Source of the DNA: an uncultured Acidobacteriota bacterium
GTDB lineage: Bacteria; Acidobacteriota; Vicinamibacteria; Vicinamibacterales; UBA2999
Reading direction: 5' to 3'
Length of the DNA: 64,000 bases
Assembly (NCBI GenBank): GCA_963827515.1
Contig: CAWHBF010000010.1
Span: 5,295 to 69,294, forward strand
Shown here: positions 36,101-46,000 of the stretch, in pieces
How the letters are laid out: every line of letters starts with the position of its first letter
How positions within the stretch are numbered: the stretch's first letter is position 1
Position numbers and translations under genes: made by a program
The notes under the pieces: generated by a model
Database searches by the model: none
The model's input: only the letters and a program-made list of their open reading frames with translations
Told to the model about the DNA's origin: nothing

Positions 36101-39100
36101 ACGGAGGGAATCGTCGAGCGAGAAGACGCGTGACGCGAGCCGCTCGTACTGGCGCGCGATGTCGCCCGTGACCCCGAGGTGGCGCAGACGCATCTGGCTG
36201 TGCGTCCTGGCCATCGCAAAGACCCGGGACGCCGCCGCGCGATCGTGATACTTCTGCGCCAGCAGACTCGCTGAGGCCCTATCCAGCGCAACGCCCGTCG
36301 CAAACGAGAGGCGGCCGAATCCGCCGGGAGCGAGTCGGACGCGCTGCCGAAGGCTGACAATGGGATCAAGGGCAGCACCCACGAAGCCACTCAGCGGCCG
36401 TCCATCGAGCGACACCGGGTTGGCGAGTGAACCACCTCTTCCAATGAAACGTTCCCGGCTCGTCTCCCATTCCGTGGGTCCCTGCACTCGCCCTTCCACG
36501 CTCAAGGCATGAAACATCCACGGACCAGGTTCCTCGGGAGCTCGAGGCCGCCGGCCTCCGAGAAGCGCGGAACAGGCCGCCAGGTATTCAGTCTCGACGA
36601 ACAGTTTGGCGAACGCCGGATGCGCGACGTCGTCCTCTTGCCGGCCCAGCGCCACCTCGACGTAACTCGTCACCTCGATCTCTCGGGTACGATCCGTGGG
36701 ATTCGTGAGAGACACACGGCGGATCTCGGCGTCGTCCTCTGACGAGACGGCGATCTCGAGCTGAACCTCGATCCCGTGGTCGCTCCGGCGAAATACCGTC
36801 CGGTCGGACGCGAATGTGACCAGGAACTCATCCGGCTCGTGGCAGGTCGGTTGATAGGTGGCCGACCACAGCTCTCCGGATCGCACGTCGCGGAGGTAGA
36901 TCGCCTGACCCACCCAATCGGACGTCCGATCCTCCCGCCATCGTGTCACTGCCAGGTCGCGCCATCGGCTGAACCCCCCGCCGGCGTTGGTGACGGCGGT
37001 GACGTACGACCCGTTCGACAGAAACTGCGTGTGCGGATAGTACGTGTGCGGCGTGCGGAATCGGCGAAGTGCCGATGACTGCGGGGATGGGGCGACGTGC
37101 GCTTCCTCCGCGGGCCGCGGCGGCTCGGCGGCCGCCTGGCGCGGAACGCGCTCCTGCAGGAGAAGCTCCGTGGCCTGCACCCGAGAGTCGGAATGAAATC
37201 GTCGCACCATGACGTCCGCCCGAAGGGCGTTGGTCAGCGCGACCAGCGACATCCCCTGATGGTGCGCCATGAACGCGCGGACCACGACGGCCGTCTCCCC
37301 CGCTGTTGGGTCCTCTTCCGTCTTCCGAGAGGTGTAGTCGATCGCGTCGTAGAAACCGAAATGCCCTAACGCACCTTCGCCCGCAAGACGCTTGAGATTG
37401 CGAACGGCTCCTTCCGGCTCGAACGGAATGGCCAGCGCGGTCGCGTAGGGCGCGACCACCAGCTCGTCGGCCAGACCACGCTTGAGACCGAGGCCCGGCA
37501 CGCCGAACGCCTTGTATTGATACGTCTCGTGACGGTCTCGCACGTTGAATGCCGATTCGGAGATACCCCACGGAACGCCTCGACGCCGGCCGTACTGTAT
37601 TTGGCGTCGGACCGCGCACTTGCACGTGGCATCGAGCAACGTGTTCGGAAAGACGCGCATGAGGAGCGTCGGCATGAGGTACTCGAACATCGAGGCACTC
37701 CACGAAAGGAGTGTGGGCACTCCGTCGACGCTGACTGCGGGCCGGCCGAGATGAAACCAGTGCCGCTGCGGTACGGCGCCGCTGGCGATGGCGAGATAGC
37801 TGGCCAGCCGCGCCTCCGAAGCGAGCAGATCGTAAAACGACGTGTCCAGACGACCAGGGCCGTCCTCGTCCGCAAGGCGATACCCGATTGCAAACAGGTG
37901 CCGGCTGCGGTCGTACAGAAACTCGAAACGCATCCCCTCGGCGAGCGATCGGCATCGCACTGCCAGGGCCGCGGCGTCGGCCAACCCGCCGCCTTGCTGG
38001 CCGTCCGCTCCCGAGGCCACGCAAGCGGAGAGTCCCTGGTGGAGCGCAGTCGCCCACGCGACCGCCTCCTGCGACGCGTCGGCGGGAATCGGTACTTCCG
38101 CAGCCCCTATTTCGACCTCGAGCGCGTCCTTCCAGCCGAGCAGCGCCTCGTCGGTCACCTCCTCGGTCCCCATTTCTGACAGACCTTCGAGCACCGACCG
38201 AGCGATGCCGCGTAGCGGCACGAGGCCGCGATCGTCAGCCTCCGTGGCTCGTGTGATCCGTGGTGGCGCCGCCGCGGCTACGAGAAGCGCAGCCGTATCG
38301 CGGACGCCTTCGAGCAATTGCCCCCTGGTCTGCGCAACCGTGGCGAGCTCTTCGAGACCGGATGCCAGCGTCAAGAGGGACGCCGCAAGATTGCCGCTAT
38401 CGACGGTGGAGACGTATCTCGGTATGAGCGGCGCGAGCGATTCCGTGTCGTACCAATTGAAGAGATGTCCTTCGTGGCTCTCGAGGCCCTCGACGGTGTC
38501 CAGCGTGCCTTCGACTCGCGTGACCAGTTCGCGTGTCGTGACATAGCCCAAATCGTGGGCTGCCAGCGTCGCGAGCAGCCCCATCCCGATGTTCGTCGGT
38601 GATGTGCGATGCGCCACCCGGGGATCCGGCCATTCCTGAAAATTGTCTGGCGGCAGCCAGTGGTCGGCGGGACCGAGGTGCACTTCGAAATACCGCCACG
38701 TTCGGCGCGCCCACGCACGCAACTGCTGCCGGTCATCCTCTTCAAACTGCCAATGCGCCGCTTGAACCGGGCGGCTGAGCCAATAGCCGATCGCTGGCGC
38801 GCACAGCCACGCGGCGGCAAACGGCGCCGCGCACATCCATACGTCGGCAGGGGACTGCCTCACCGCCAAGAGCGCACCAATGGCGATGAACGAGCTCGAG
38901 GCCATCTCGACCTCGAACGTGCGGAGTCCACCGCGACCGATCAGTCCGGCCGCGCGAGCGGCCGTGCTCGCCGCGGTTTCCCATTCGAGCAGCCGTCGCT
39001 GCGTGAACAGCAGACGGACAAGCGTCAGCACGATCGCATGGACCATGTCCCATGCGTGGTACGCGAGCAGCACGAGCGACAAGGTGGCTTGCGCGGTGGC

Positions 39101-41740
39101 CGTACCGGCATCATCCCAAAGCCGCCGTGCCGAGACCCCGAACGGACGCGTCCAGGGAAGCTCCAGCAGGCGCGGGATCAAGGTGAGAAGCGCGGCGCCA
39201 ATCACGGCCAGCGCCCCTAGCGTCCATACGGCCGGCGAACCGGGAAGCACGGTCCAACCCGCGACGAGCATCACCACGAGTCCTGGCGAGACAAGACTCC
39301 GCCGAAGGTTGTCGAGGATCTTCCATCGACTGATGATCGACAGCGGGTTGCGCTCGAGGCCCCGCCGGCTGGGGACGAACGGGAACAACCACAACAGGAC
39401 CTGCCAGTCTCCGCGAACCCACCGGCGTTGGCGCCGCGCGTGCGCGAGGACCGTCGGGGGATAGTCGTCGACGACCTCGACGTCGGTCGCGAGCGCCGCA
39501 CGCGCGTACAAGCCTTCGAAGAGGTCATGCGACAGCAACGCGTTCTCGGGCACACGGCCTTCGAGCGTGGCGTGAAATGCGTCGACGTGAAACAGTCCCT
39601 TGCCGGTGTAGATCCCCTCACCGAACAGGTCCTGGTACACGTCTGACACGGCCGTGGTGTACGGATCCACACCGGTGTGGCCCGCGTAGACACGTGCAAA
39701 CACCGACCCCGCCGCGCTCGCCATCGTCACGCTCACCCGGGGCTGAATGATGCCGTAGCCCTCGGTCACCAGACGAGACCGCGCGTCGACCCGAGGCTGA
39801 TTCAGAGGGTGCATCGCGATGCCGATGAGAGCCTTCGCGGCGTCTCTCGGCAGTCGTGTGTCGCTATCGAGGGTTATGCAGTACGTGATTTTCGGCAGGA
39901 GGGAGAGATCGCCGACGCGTTCGACGAAGCTCGTGTCGGTTGCGCCTCGCAGCAGGCGGACGAACTCGTCGATCTTGCCGCGCTTGCGTTCCCAGCCGAT
40001 CCATCGTCCTTCGCTGGCATTCCACTGCCGTACGCGATGAAAAAGAAAGTATCGATCGTCGCGCCCATCCGCATACCGTCGGTTGAGGGCTTGAATACCC
40101 TCGCGCGCAGCCCGCACAATGGCTTCATCACCGTCCCGGTGTTGCGCGTCCGCATCCACGAAGTCGCTGAGCACCGCAAAGTGGACCCGTGGGTCGACGT
40201 TTCCCAGTGCCTGCACCTCCAAGTGCGCGAGCAGCTCCTCGACGTCTGCGGTCGTGGAGAACAGCGTCGGCACGATCACCATCGTGCGCCCGTCCGGCGG
40301 AATCCCCGTTTCCAGTTCGAGGCGAGGCAACCGGCTCGGCCTGAGCAATCGCGAGAGGACGTGCTGCACGATCGTGCTGGCCAGCTCGCTGGCTGGAATC
40401 AGCGTCAGACACGCCACCACGACGAGCAGGCGACTCGTCGCGCCCATCTGATCCGCGTACATCACGGCGGCAGTCACGAGGAGCAGGGTCAACGCGATGA
40501 GCGCGGACAAGTAGGCCGCCGTCGCGTGGCGTCTCAAGCCGGTCTGGCAGCGTCGCAGACGCTTTCGTGGGGATGACAGCGGCGCTTCGAAACTCACGCG
40601 GCCCGGGCCGACGAGGTAGTAGCCCACATGTTCCGCTCGCGCGTCCGTGCCGGATGACGACGCCTGCCGAGCGCGTTCGACGCACGCCAGGGCGACCCGC
40701 ACCTGCTCTTCGGCGGAATGGCCGGCCATCTCCTCGACCGCGCGCCGATACTCGTCTCGGGTCAGAAAGTCCATCCGGCCATACGCGCCGGAGGGATCGC
40801 GCAGAAGGATCTGCTCGACGTGGCTGACGCTTTCGAAGAAGCGGCTCCAATCCAGCGTCGCGCAGAGTCTGAGACTCGTGACGGCGTTGGCCATCGATAC
40901 CTGATCGGCGGCTTCGCGCTGGCCTTCGATGCGAATCGCATCCTCCGACGTCATGCCCCTCGACGCCAGCCAGGCATCGACCTCCCCGCGCACCTGTCCA
41001 CCGCGGGATCCGTACTCGCGGACGCGCTGGAGCACCCGCACCGTGAACGCCAGACTCGCTTGGTTCGCCAGGGTCGGCATCCGGCGTCGATTGGGCGCGT
41101 CGAGCGCGGCCAGGTAGGCATCCGCCAGCATGAAGGCGTTTCGCGCGTCCCGCACGCGTACCGCCAAGTCGGTGATGTAGCCCACCAGCGTGAGCTTGAG
41201 CGCACTTGACCAGGCCCAGAGCTCGCCGATGGTCAGCGGAGCCGCTGTCTGAAACGCGAGGAGAAACCCTTGAAGGCGTTCGGCATCCAGCCGGCCGTCG
41301 CTGTGGCTGATGATCTCCCTGGCCAGCACCTCGATGCGGGTGGTGTTGAGAGGATCGACGACCCGGGGTAGGCGACGGTAGTAACCGGGCGGGAGGTCTC
41401 GACGCAAACTGCGCGCTTCGCCAGACATGAGGTGGTAGTTGTCGAGGAGCCACTCCGCCGACGGCGAGATCGTCTCGCCGCGGTGGACGTCCTCGGCGAC
41501 GTCCTGGTAGACATCGGAAAGGACACCAAGTTGTCGATTGATGCGGGCCAGGTGGGCGGATCGCACGCCCCAAGGGGCGCGGATCCGCGTGAGGGTCAGG
41601 CGATGCGCGAGCTCAATGGCGAACTCGCGGAGGCGCGCGAGATCGAGAAGCGTGCCGGCGGGCGGTTGAGGAACGGTTTCGCTGGACCCTGACGAACCAG
41701 GCATAGGTAGACCCCTTCGCCAGGGCGACCTACGTGCCAC
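33158..41740 (-). CDS. ndvB: Cyclic beta-1,2-glucan synthase (NdvB/ChvB/Cgs type: membrane GT84 domain plus GH94 phosphorylase-like domain)
   Basis: An uninterrupted 2860-aa ORF, the size of Cgs/ChvB. GT region VIVPTLF...FAVLSDFVDA, ITLDSDTRLPRDAA, GYGIIQPRV, RRQRRWVRGDWQ. Several TM helices. C-terminal GH94-like GFRDQLQD and GSGDWNDGMN. The start may be ATG 41704 rather than GTG 41740. Confidence 0.9.
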   Translation of the reverse strand: MARRSPWRRGLPMPGSSGSSETVPQPPAGTLLDLARLREFAIELAHRLTLTRIRAPWGVRSAHLARINRQLGVLSDVYQDVAEDVHRGETISPSAEWLLDNYHLMSGEARSLRRDLPPGYYRRLPRVVDPLNTTRIEVLAREIISHSDGRLDAERLQGFLLAFQTAAPLTIGELWAWSSALKLTLVGYITDLAVRVRDARNAFMLADAYLAALDAPNRRRMPTLANQASLAFTVRVLQRVREYGSRGGQVRGEVDAWLASRGMTSEDAIRIEGQREAADQVSMANAVTSLRLCATLDWSRFFESVSHVEQILLRDPSGAYGRMDFLTRDEYRRAVEEMAGHSAEEQVRVALACVERARQASSSGTDARAEHVGYYLVGPGRVSFEAPLSSPRKRLRRCQTGLRRHATAAYLSALIALTLLLVTAAVMYADQMGATSRLLVVVACLTLIPASELASTIVQHVLSRLLRPSRLPRLELETGIPPDGRTMVIVPTLFSTTADVEELLAHLEVQALGNVDPRVHFAVLSDFVDADAQHRDGDEAIVRAAREGIQALNRRYADGRDDRYFLFHRVRQWNASEGRWIGWERKRGKIDEFVRLLRGATDTSFVERVGDLSLLPKITYCITLDSDTRLPRDAAKALIGIAMHPLNQPRVDARSRLVTEGYGIIQPRVSVTMASAAGSVFARVYAGHTGVDPYTTAVSDVYQDLFGEGIYTGKGLFHVDAFHATLEGRVPENALLSHDLFEGLYARAALATDVEVVDDYPPTVLAHARRQRRWVRGDWQVLLWLFPFVPSRRGLERNPLSIISRWKILDNLRRSLVSPGLVVMLVAGWTVLPGSPAVWTLGALAVIGAALLTLIPRLLELPWTRPFGVSARRLWDDAGTATAQATLSLVLLAYHAWDMVHAIVLTLVRLLFTQRRLLEWETAASTAARAAGLIGRGGLRTFEVEMASSSFIAIGALLAVRQSPADVWMCAAPFAAAWLCAPAIGYWLSRPVQAAHWQFEEDDRQQLRAWARRTWRYFEVHLGPADHWLPPDNFQEWPDPRVAHRTSPTNIGMGLLATLAAHDLGYVTTRELVTRVEGTLDTVEGLESHEGHLFNWYDTESLAPLIPRYVSTVDSGNLAASLLTLASGLEELATVAQTRGQLLEGVRDTAALLVAAAAPPRITRATEADDRGLVPLRGIARSVLEGLSEMGTEEVTDEALLGWKDALEVEIGAAEVPIPADASQEAVAWATALHQGLSACVASGADGQQGGGLADAAALAVRCRSLAEGMRFEFLYDRSRHLFAIGYRLADEDGPGRLDTSFYDLLASEARLASYLAIASGAVPQRHWFHLGRPAVSVDGVPTLLSWSASMFEYLMPTLLMRVFPNTLLDATCKCAVRRQIQYGRRRGVPWGISESAFNVRDRHETYQYKAFGVPGLGLKRGLADELVVAPYATALAIPFEPEGAVRNLKRLAGEGALGHFGFYDAIDYTSRKTEEDPTAGETAVVVRAFMAHHQGMSLVALTNALRADVMVRRFHSDSRVQATELLLQERVPRQAAAEPPRPAEEAHVAPSPQSSALRRFRTPHTYYPHTQFLSNGSYVTAVTNAGGGFSRWRDLAVTRWREDRTSDWVGQAIYLRDVRSGELWSATYQPTCHEPDEFLVTFASDRTVFRRSDHGIEVQLEIAVSSEDDAEIRRVSLTNPTDRTREIEVTSYVEVALGRQEDDVAHPAFAKLFVETEYLAACSALLGGRRPRAPEEPGPWMFHALSVEGRVQGPTEWETSRERFIGRGGSLANPVSLDGRPLSGFVGAALDPIVSLRQRVRLAPGGFGRLSFATGVALDRASASLLAQKYHDRAAASRVFAMARTHSQMRLRHLGVTGDIARQYERLASRVFSLDDSLRAPAEVLRQNVLGVSGLWAHGISGDLPIVLVSAAGADDLRFVRQILRAQEYWRLQALRADVVIVNEHPTSYLDEMHEQLEGLVDRGPWAGWKDRPGGVYLLRGDSLSAGDRHVLEAAAKAVLSGSRGDLVHQLDRPSPAPIAPIVWRHDTQEAGRSDSPVDLPLLMANSVGGFSADGREYVMVLDGEKNTAAPWSNILANPDFGTLITAAGSSFTWCQNSRENRLTPCAHDAVSEPTGETLVLRDDDTDEVWGATPGPMARTTGTQWIVRHGRGFTRFERHGTPIRQTLDVFVSPSDPVKLSVLALTNSSSSNRRLSVFSHTEWLLGPPRTGHQRHVVTSLDAETGAIFASNRFRDAAWSERLAFAWSSAPPRSFCGDRRDFLGRHGTIQRPRALSEPSLSNRVGAGLDPCATFHVEVVLRPGETRELVFLLGEGRSEEEVRALIRQYGSPESASRTRTDVGSLWDGVLDAIQVHTPDDSFDLIVNGWLQYQNVSARLWARTGFYQPGGAFGFRDQLQDVMALVYSRPDMCRSHLLNAASRQFIEGDVQHWWHTPGGQGVRSRCSDDLLWLPHVAVHYVLSTGDTGVFDEVVPFLEAPQLKPDETEAYTLPRVSDEKASLFEHCVRAIHRGINLGEHGLPLIGSGDWNDGMNRVGREGRGESVWLGWFLFRVLDEFAPIADARGERALAARYRLEAQRLKGALEQSWDGEWYRRAYFDDGTPLGSAVTSECQIDSIAQSWAVLSGAAPVRRAERAMDAVRSRLIRRDVQVLLLLTPPFDRGVKNPGYIKAYPPGIRENGGQYTHAALWTVMALAKLGYGDEAVELFHMLNPINHTRDAAAVGRYIVEPYVVAADVYAHPQHAGRGGWTWYTASAGLMYRVAIESILGLRRRGSVFMIDPCIPGVWAEYRLEWRFGASRYRILVDNAARSSSGVSHAELDGAAVDYTAIPLVDDGRVHDVRIVMGVPAGQTTRALVSDASRY

Positions 41741-41843
41741 ACGACAGGCATTCTAGGCCTGGACTCGGGCTCGCAGCGGGACCGAAACTGGCGTTTCTTA
41801 CATGCAGTCCCCAAAATTACAAACGCTACTGCAGTAGTTCGCC

Positions 41844-42242
41844 TTAGTTTGCCGACTCGTTTGCACGCGTCGACTCGCCACGAACGGCCCGCCCGACCTC
41901 CTCGACGTCCTGGATCGCGTTGCTCGCCAGCTTGGAACCCTGGCGAACCGCCTCGCGGTACCCTGACTTCCCTTGCTCAACAGCATGGCCGATTCGTTCG
42001 CCCAGTTCCATCGCCGTTTCGCGACCTCGCTCGACGACCGTCGAGAGGCGCTCACCATGCTCGTTCAGCATTTCACGGCCCAGGTCCTTGACCCGGCGGC
42101 TTCGTTGTGCGAGATATTCGCGCGTCTCTTGTCCCCGTGCAGGGGCGAACATGAGCGCCAGGGCGGCCCCGGCGAGGGCTCCGCAGGCGAACATGAAAAT
42201 ATTCGAGTCCATCGTTGAATCGTGTCCGTTACGGTGGTCCAT
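41844..42242 (-). CDS. YtxH-domain stress protein
   Basis: Internal ATG 42242 of ORF 41844..42782. [43 protein letters not shown].. is the YtxH N-terminal helix plus coiled-coil pattern. Confidence 0.75.
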   Translation of the reverse strand: MDHRNGHDSTMDSNIFMFACGALAGAALALMFAPARGQETREYLAQRSRRVKDLGREMLNEHGERLSTVVERGRETAMELGERIGHAVEQGKSGYREAVRQGSKLASNAIQDVEEVGRAVRGESTRANESAN

Positions 42243-42494
42243 ATGATTGCTCCGGGCATTCCAGAGAGCACGGAACATGCCAGTCGGCTTGGTTCCCGCC
42301 TCAGACTCACCGACCCGATCAGAACGGCGGCTACGGTTTCGGGCAACCGACCGAGGGGTATGACATTTGCTAGTCGCTCGCCGATCGTTTGAAGCGGCTT
42401 GCCGTTCATCTGAAGCGGGACTTCTGGTTCTTGAGTTTTGTTGAGGACTTCGTTTGGACGGGACAGATCGCACTGCCCTGTGCCCTGGAGTGAT

Positions 42495-45400
42495 ATGCAG
42501 CAGACCGATCGCACCGCCACCCCGAAACCTTCCCCCGACGCGATGCCGCCTCGTTCCTCGGCCGAGCTCTCCGAACTGCTCCATGTCCTTCGGGCGGTCC
42601 GCGACGGCGATTTCTCGGTGCGCCTCCCAGGCGACTGGACCGGCCTCGAGGGAAAAATCGCTGACACGGTCAATGAGATCGTTGCGTCCAACGCGAAGAT
42701 GGCGCGAGAGCTCGAACGGGTCGGAACGGTCGTCGGCAAGCAGGGCAAGACACGACAGCGCGTCAAGTTCGGCCGTGAGCATGGCGCCTGGGGAGAGATG
42801 GAAACATCCGTCAATACCCTGATCGACGACTTGCTCTGGCCGACGACCGAAGTCACTCGGGCGCTCGCGGCGGTCGCGAAGGGCGACCTGCTGCAGGCGG
42901 TTCGCCTCGACGTCGATGGCCGCCCACTCGAGGGCGAGTTCCTGCGCTCCGCCACGATCGTCAACACGATGATCGAGCAGCTTGGCGTTTTCACCTCCGA
43001 GGTGACACGCGTCGCGAGAGAGGTCGGCACCGATGGCAAGCTCGGCGGCCAGGCCGAGGTCCGTAACGTCAGCGGCGTCTGGAAGGACCTGACCGACAGC
43101 GTCAACTCGATGGCGAGCAACTTGACCGGGCAGGTCCGGAACATCTCCGAGGTCACCATCGCCGTGGCGAGCGGCGACCTGTCGCGCAAGATTACCGTCG
43201 ACGTTCGCGGCGAGATTCTACAGCTCAAGGAAGCCATCAACACGATGGTTGACCAGTTACGGTCGTTTGCGTCTGAAGTCACCCGCGTGGCCCAGGAAGT
43301 CGGCACCGAGGGCCGCCTTGGCGGTCAAGCCGTCGTGCCGGGTGTCGCCGGCACGTGGAAAGACCTCACCGACTCCGTCAATGCCATGGCCCGCAACCTG
43401 ACGGACCAGGTCCGCAACATCGCCGAAGTGACGACAGCCGTTGCACGTGGCGATCTCTCCCGGAAGATCACGGTTGACGTGCGCGGCGAGATTCTCGAGT
43501 TGAAGAACACCATCAATACGATGGTGGACCAGCTCAACGCATTCGCGTCCGAGGTCACTCGCGTCGCCCGCGAAGTGGGCACCGACGGCAAGCTCGGCGG
43601 TCAGGCGCAGGTGCCCGGCGTCGCGGGCACGTGGAAGGACCTCACCGACAACGTGAACTTCATGGCGAGCAACCTCACCGCGCAGGTCCGGAACATCGCG
43701 GAGGTCGCGACCGCGATCGCCGGCGGGGACCTGTCGAAGAAGATCACGGTGAACGTCAGCGGGGAGATCCTGCAGCTCAAGGAAACCCTCAACACGATGG
43801 TCGACCAGCTCAACGCGTTCGCCGGCGAGGTGACACGCGTGGCGCGCGAGGTCGGCACCGAGGGTCGGCTTGGCGGTCAGGCCAAGGTGCTCGGCGTCGC
43901 CGGCACCTGGAAGGACTTGACCGACAGCGTCAACTACATGGCCAACAACCTGACCGCGCAGGTGCGCAACATTGCCGAGGTCGCCACGGCGATTGCCGGC
44001 GGCGATCTCTCCAAGAAGATCACGGTTGACGTCAGCGGCGAGATTCTGCAGCTCAAGGAAACCGTCAACACGATGGTGGACCAGCTCAACGCGTTCGCCG
44101 GCGAAGTCACTCGTGTGGCGCGTGAGGTCGGCACGGAGGGCAAGCTCGGCGGTCAGGCGCAGGTGCCCGGCGTGGCCGGCACCTGGAAAGACCTCACCGA
44201 CAACGTGAATCTGCTCGCGGCAAACCTCACGACCCAGGTCCGGAACATTGCCGAGGTGACCACTGCCGTTGCCCGCGGTGACCTGTCCCGGAAGATCACG
44301 GTTGACGTGAAGGGCGAAATTCTCGAACTCAAGAACACGATCAACACGATGGTCGATCAGCTCAACGCATTCGCAGCTGAAGTGACACGCGTGGCTCGTG
44401 AGGTCGGGACGGATGGAAAGCTGGGCGGACAGGCGCAGGTGCCCGGCGTCGCCGGCACGTGGAAGGACCTCACGGACTCCGTGAACGCGATGGCCGGCAA
44501 CCTCACCGTCCAGCTTCGTGACGTCTCGAAGGTCGCGACGGCGATCGCCAACGGTGACTTGAGCCAGAAGATCACCGTCGATGTCAGCGGAGAGATTCTG
44601 CAGATCAAGGACACCATCAACACGATGGTCGATCAGCTCAACGCGTTTGCCGGCGAGGTGACGCGCGTGGCGCGGGAGGTCGGCACGGAAGGACGACTGG
44701 GTGGTCAGGCGAACGTGCGCGGCGTCGCCGGTACGTGGAAGGACCTGACTGACAGCGTCAACTCGATGGCGAACAACCTGACCGCGCAGGTCCGGAACAT
44801 CGCGGACGTCGCGACGGCCATCGCTCGTGGCGACCTCTCGCGAAAGATCGCCGTCGACGTCAAGGGCGAGATTCTCGAGCTCAAGGACACGATCAACACG
44901 ATGGTGGACCAGCTCAACGCGTTCGCGGCGGAGGTCACCCGTGTGGCACGAGAGGTCGGCACGGAGGGCAAGCTCGGCGGCCAGGCCCAGGTTCAGGGCG
45001 TGGCAGGCACGTGGAAGGACCTGACCGACAACGTGAACTTCATGGCCAGCAACCTCACCGCGCAGGTGCGCAACATCGCCGAGGTGGCAACGGCGATCGC
45101 CGGCGGAGACCTCTCCAAGAAGATCACCGTGGACGTGCGCGGCGAGATCCTGCTGCTCAAGGACACCTTGAACACCATGGTCGAACAGCTCCGCTCCTTT
45201 GCCGCCGAGGTGACGCGTGTGGCGCGTGAGGTCGGCACGGACGGGCGCCTCGGCGGGCAGGCGGTCGTCCCCGGGGTCGGAGGCACGTGGAAGGACCTCA
45301 CCGACAACGTGAATCTGCTCGCCGCGAACCTGACGACGCAGGTGCGGAACATCGCCGAAGTCACGACGGCCGTCGCGCGCGGTGACCTGTCGCGCAAGAT

Positions 45401-45584
45401 CACTGTCGACGTGAAGGGCGAGATTCTCGAGCTGAAAAACACCATCAACACCATGGTGGACCAGCTCAACGCGTTCGCCGCGGAAGTGACGCGTGTGGCG
45501 CGCGAGGTCGGCACCGAGGGTCTGCTGGGTGGTCAGGCGCAGGTGCCGGGTGTCGCAGGGCACGTGGAAGGACCTCACCGATAA
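42495..45584 (+). CDS. Poly-HAMP hybrid sensor kinase, N-terminal fragment (HAMP array)
   Basis: ATG 42495. After about 190 aa the protein becomes 92-aa units [92 protein letters not shown]. The ORF ends in nonsense (..[10 protein letters not shown]) because of one extra G at 45558-45560. Confidence 0.85.
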   Translation: MQQTDRTATPKPSPDAMPPRSSAELSELLHVLRAVRDGDFSVRLPGDWTGLEGKIADTVNEIVASNAKMARELERVGTVVGKQGKTRQRVKFGREHGAWGEMETSVNTLIDDLLWPTTEVTRALAAVAKGDLLQAVRLDVDGRPLEGEFLRSATIVNTMIEQLGVFTSEVTRVAREVGTDGKLGGQAEVRNVSGVWKDLTDSVNSMASNLTGQVRNISEVTIAVASGDLSRKITVDVRGEILQLKEAINTMVDQLRSFASEVTRVAQEVGTEGRLGGQAVVPGVAGTWKDLTDSVNAMARNLTDQVRNIAEVTTAVARGDLSRKITVDVRGEILELKNTINTMVDQLNAFASEVTRVAREVGTDGKLGGQAQVPGVAGTWKDLTDNVNFMASNLTAQVRNIAEVATAIAGGDLSKKITVNVSGEILQLKETLNTMVDQLNAFAGEVTRVAREVGTEGRLGGQAKVLGVAGTWKDLTDSVNYMANNLTAQVRNIAEVATAIAGGDLSKKITVDVSGEILQLKETVNTMVDQLNAFAGEVTRVAREVGTEGKLGGQAQVPGVAGTWKDLTDNVNLLAANLTTQVRNIAEVTTAVARGDLSRKITVDVKGEILELKNTINTMVDQLNAFAAEVTRVAREVGTDGKLGGQAQVPGVAGTWKDLTDSVNAMAGNLTVQLRDVSKVATAIANGDLSQKITVDVSGEILQIKDTINTMVDQLNAFAGEVTRVAREVGTEGRLGGQANVRGVAGTWKDLTDSVNSMANNLTAQVRNIADVATAIARGDLSRKIAVDVKGEILELKDTINTMVDQLNAFAAEVTRVAREVGTEGKLGGQAQVQGVAGTWKDLTDNVNFMASNLTAQVRNIAEVATAIAGGDLSKKITVDVRGEILLLKDTLNTMVEQLRSFAAEVTRVAREVGTDGRLGGQAVVPGVGGTWKDLTDNVNLLAANLTTQVRNIAEVTTAVARGDLSRKITVDVKGEILELKNTINTMVDQLNAFAAEVTRVAREVGTEGLLGGQAQVPGVAGHVEGPHR

Positions 45585-46000
45585 CGTCAACGTCATGGCG
45601 GCCAATCTCACCGAGCAGGTCCGCGGCATCGTCAAGGTCGTCACCGCCGTGGCCGACGGCGACCTGGGTCAGAACCTGACCGTCAAGGCGAAGGGCGAGG
45701 TGGCCGCGCTGGCGGAAACGATCAACAACATGACCGGCACGCTGGCGACCTTTGCCGACCAGGTCTCGTCGGTCGCGCGTGAGGTCGGCGTGGAAGGACG
45801 TCTCGGTGGTCAGGCCAACGTGCCTGGCGCGGCCGGCACCTGGAAGGATCTGACCGGGAACGTGAACCTCCTGGCGGCGAACCTCACGACACAGGTACGA
45901 GCGATCGCCGAGGTGGCGACCGCGGTCACCAAGGGCGACCTCACCCGCTCGATTCAGGTCGGCGCTCGCGGCGAGGTCGCCGAGCTGAAGGACAACATCA
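43080..46000 (+). repeat. Coding tandem array: 276-bp (92-aa di-HAMP) units, about 10.5 copies, plus one degenerate copy upstream
   Basis: The Trp codon of the WKDL motif sits at 43080, 43356, 43632, 43908, 44184, 44460, 44736, 45012 and 45288 (exact 276-bp steps). It then sits at 45565 and 45841, a +1 offset. Confidence 0.9.

Noticed and set aside
36828-41573. Minus- and plus-strand ORFs of 300-480 aa overlapping the glucan synthase in other frames (36828..38057, 40128..41573, 39677..40576, 34193..35179)
   Set aside because: They are off-frame shadows of the uninterrupted 2860-aa ORF, extremely Arg/Pro/Gly-rich and without motifs.
41726-41741. Sigma54-like GTGGCACGTAGGTCGC at the 5-prime end of the glucan synthase gene (minus strand)
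   Set aside because: The spacing is correct, but the -12 box is TCGC. The element overlaps the candidate GTG start (41740) and would leave only about 10 nt of leader before ATG 41704. It is most likely coding sequence.
43257-45644. 795-aa minus-strand ORF antisense to the poly-HAMP array (also 45466..46560 and 48740..49834)
   Set aside because: These are mirror images of the repeated sense-strand sequence: repetitive and Arg/His/Asp-rich with no domain signature. The sense strand has unmistakable HAMP/HisKA/REC motifs.
43080-46000. The regular 276-bp repeat array as a possible CRISPR or satellite
   Set aside because: The repeats are contiguous with no spacers and lie entirely within one reading frame encoding HAMP domains. 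No cas genes are present.
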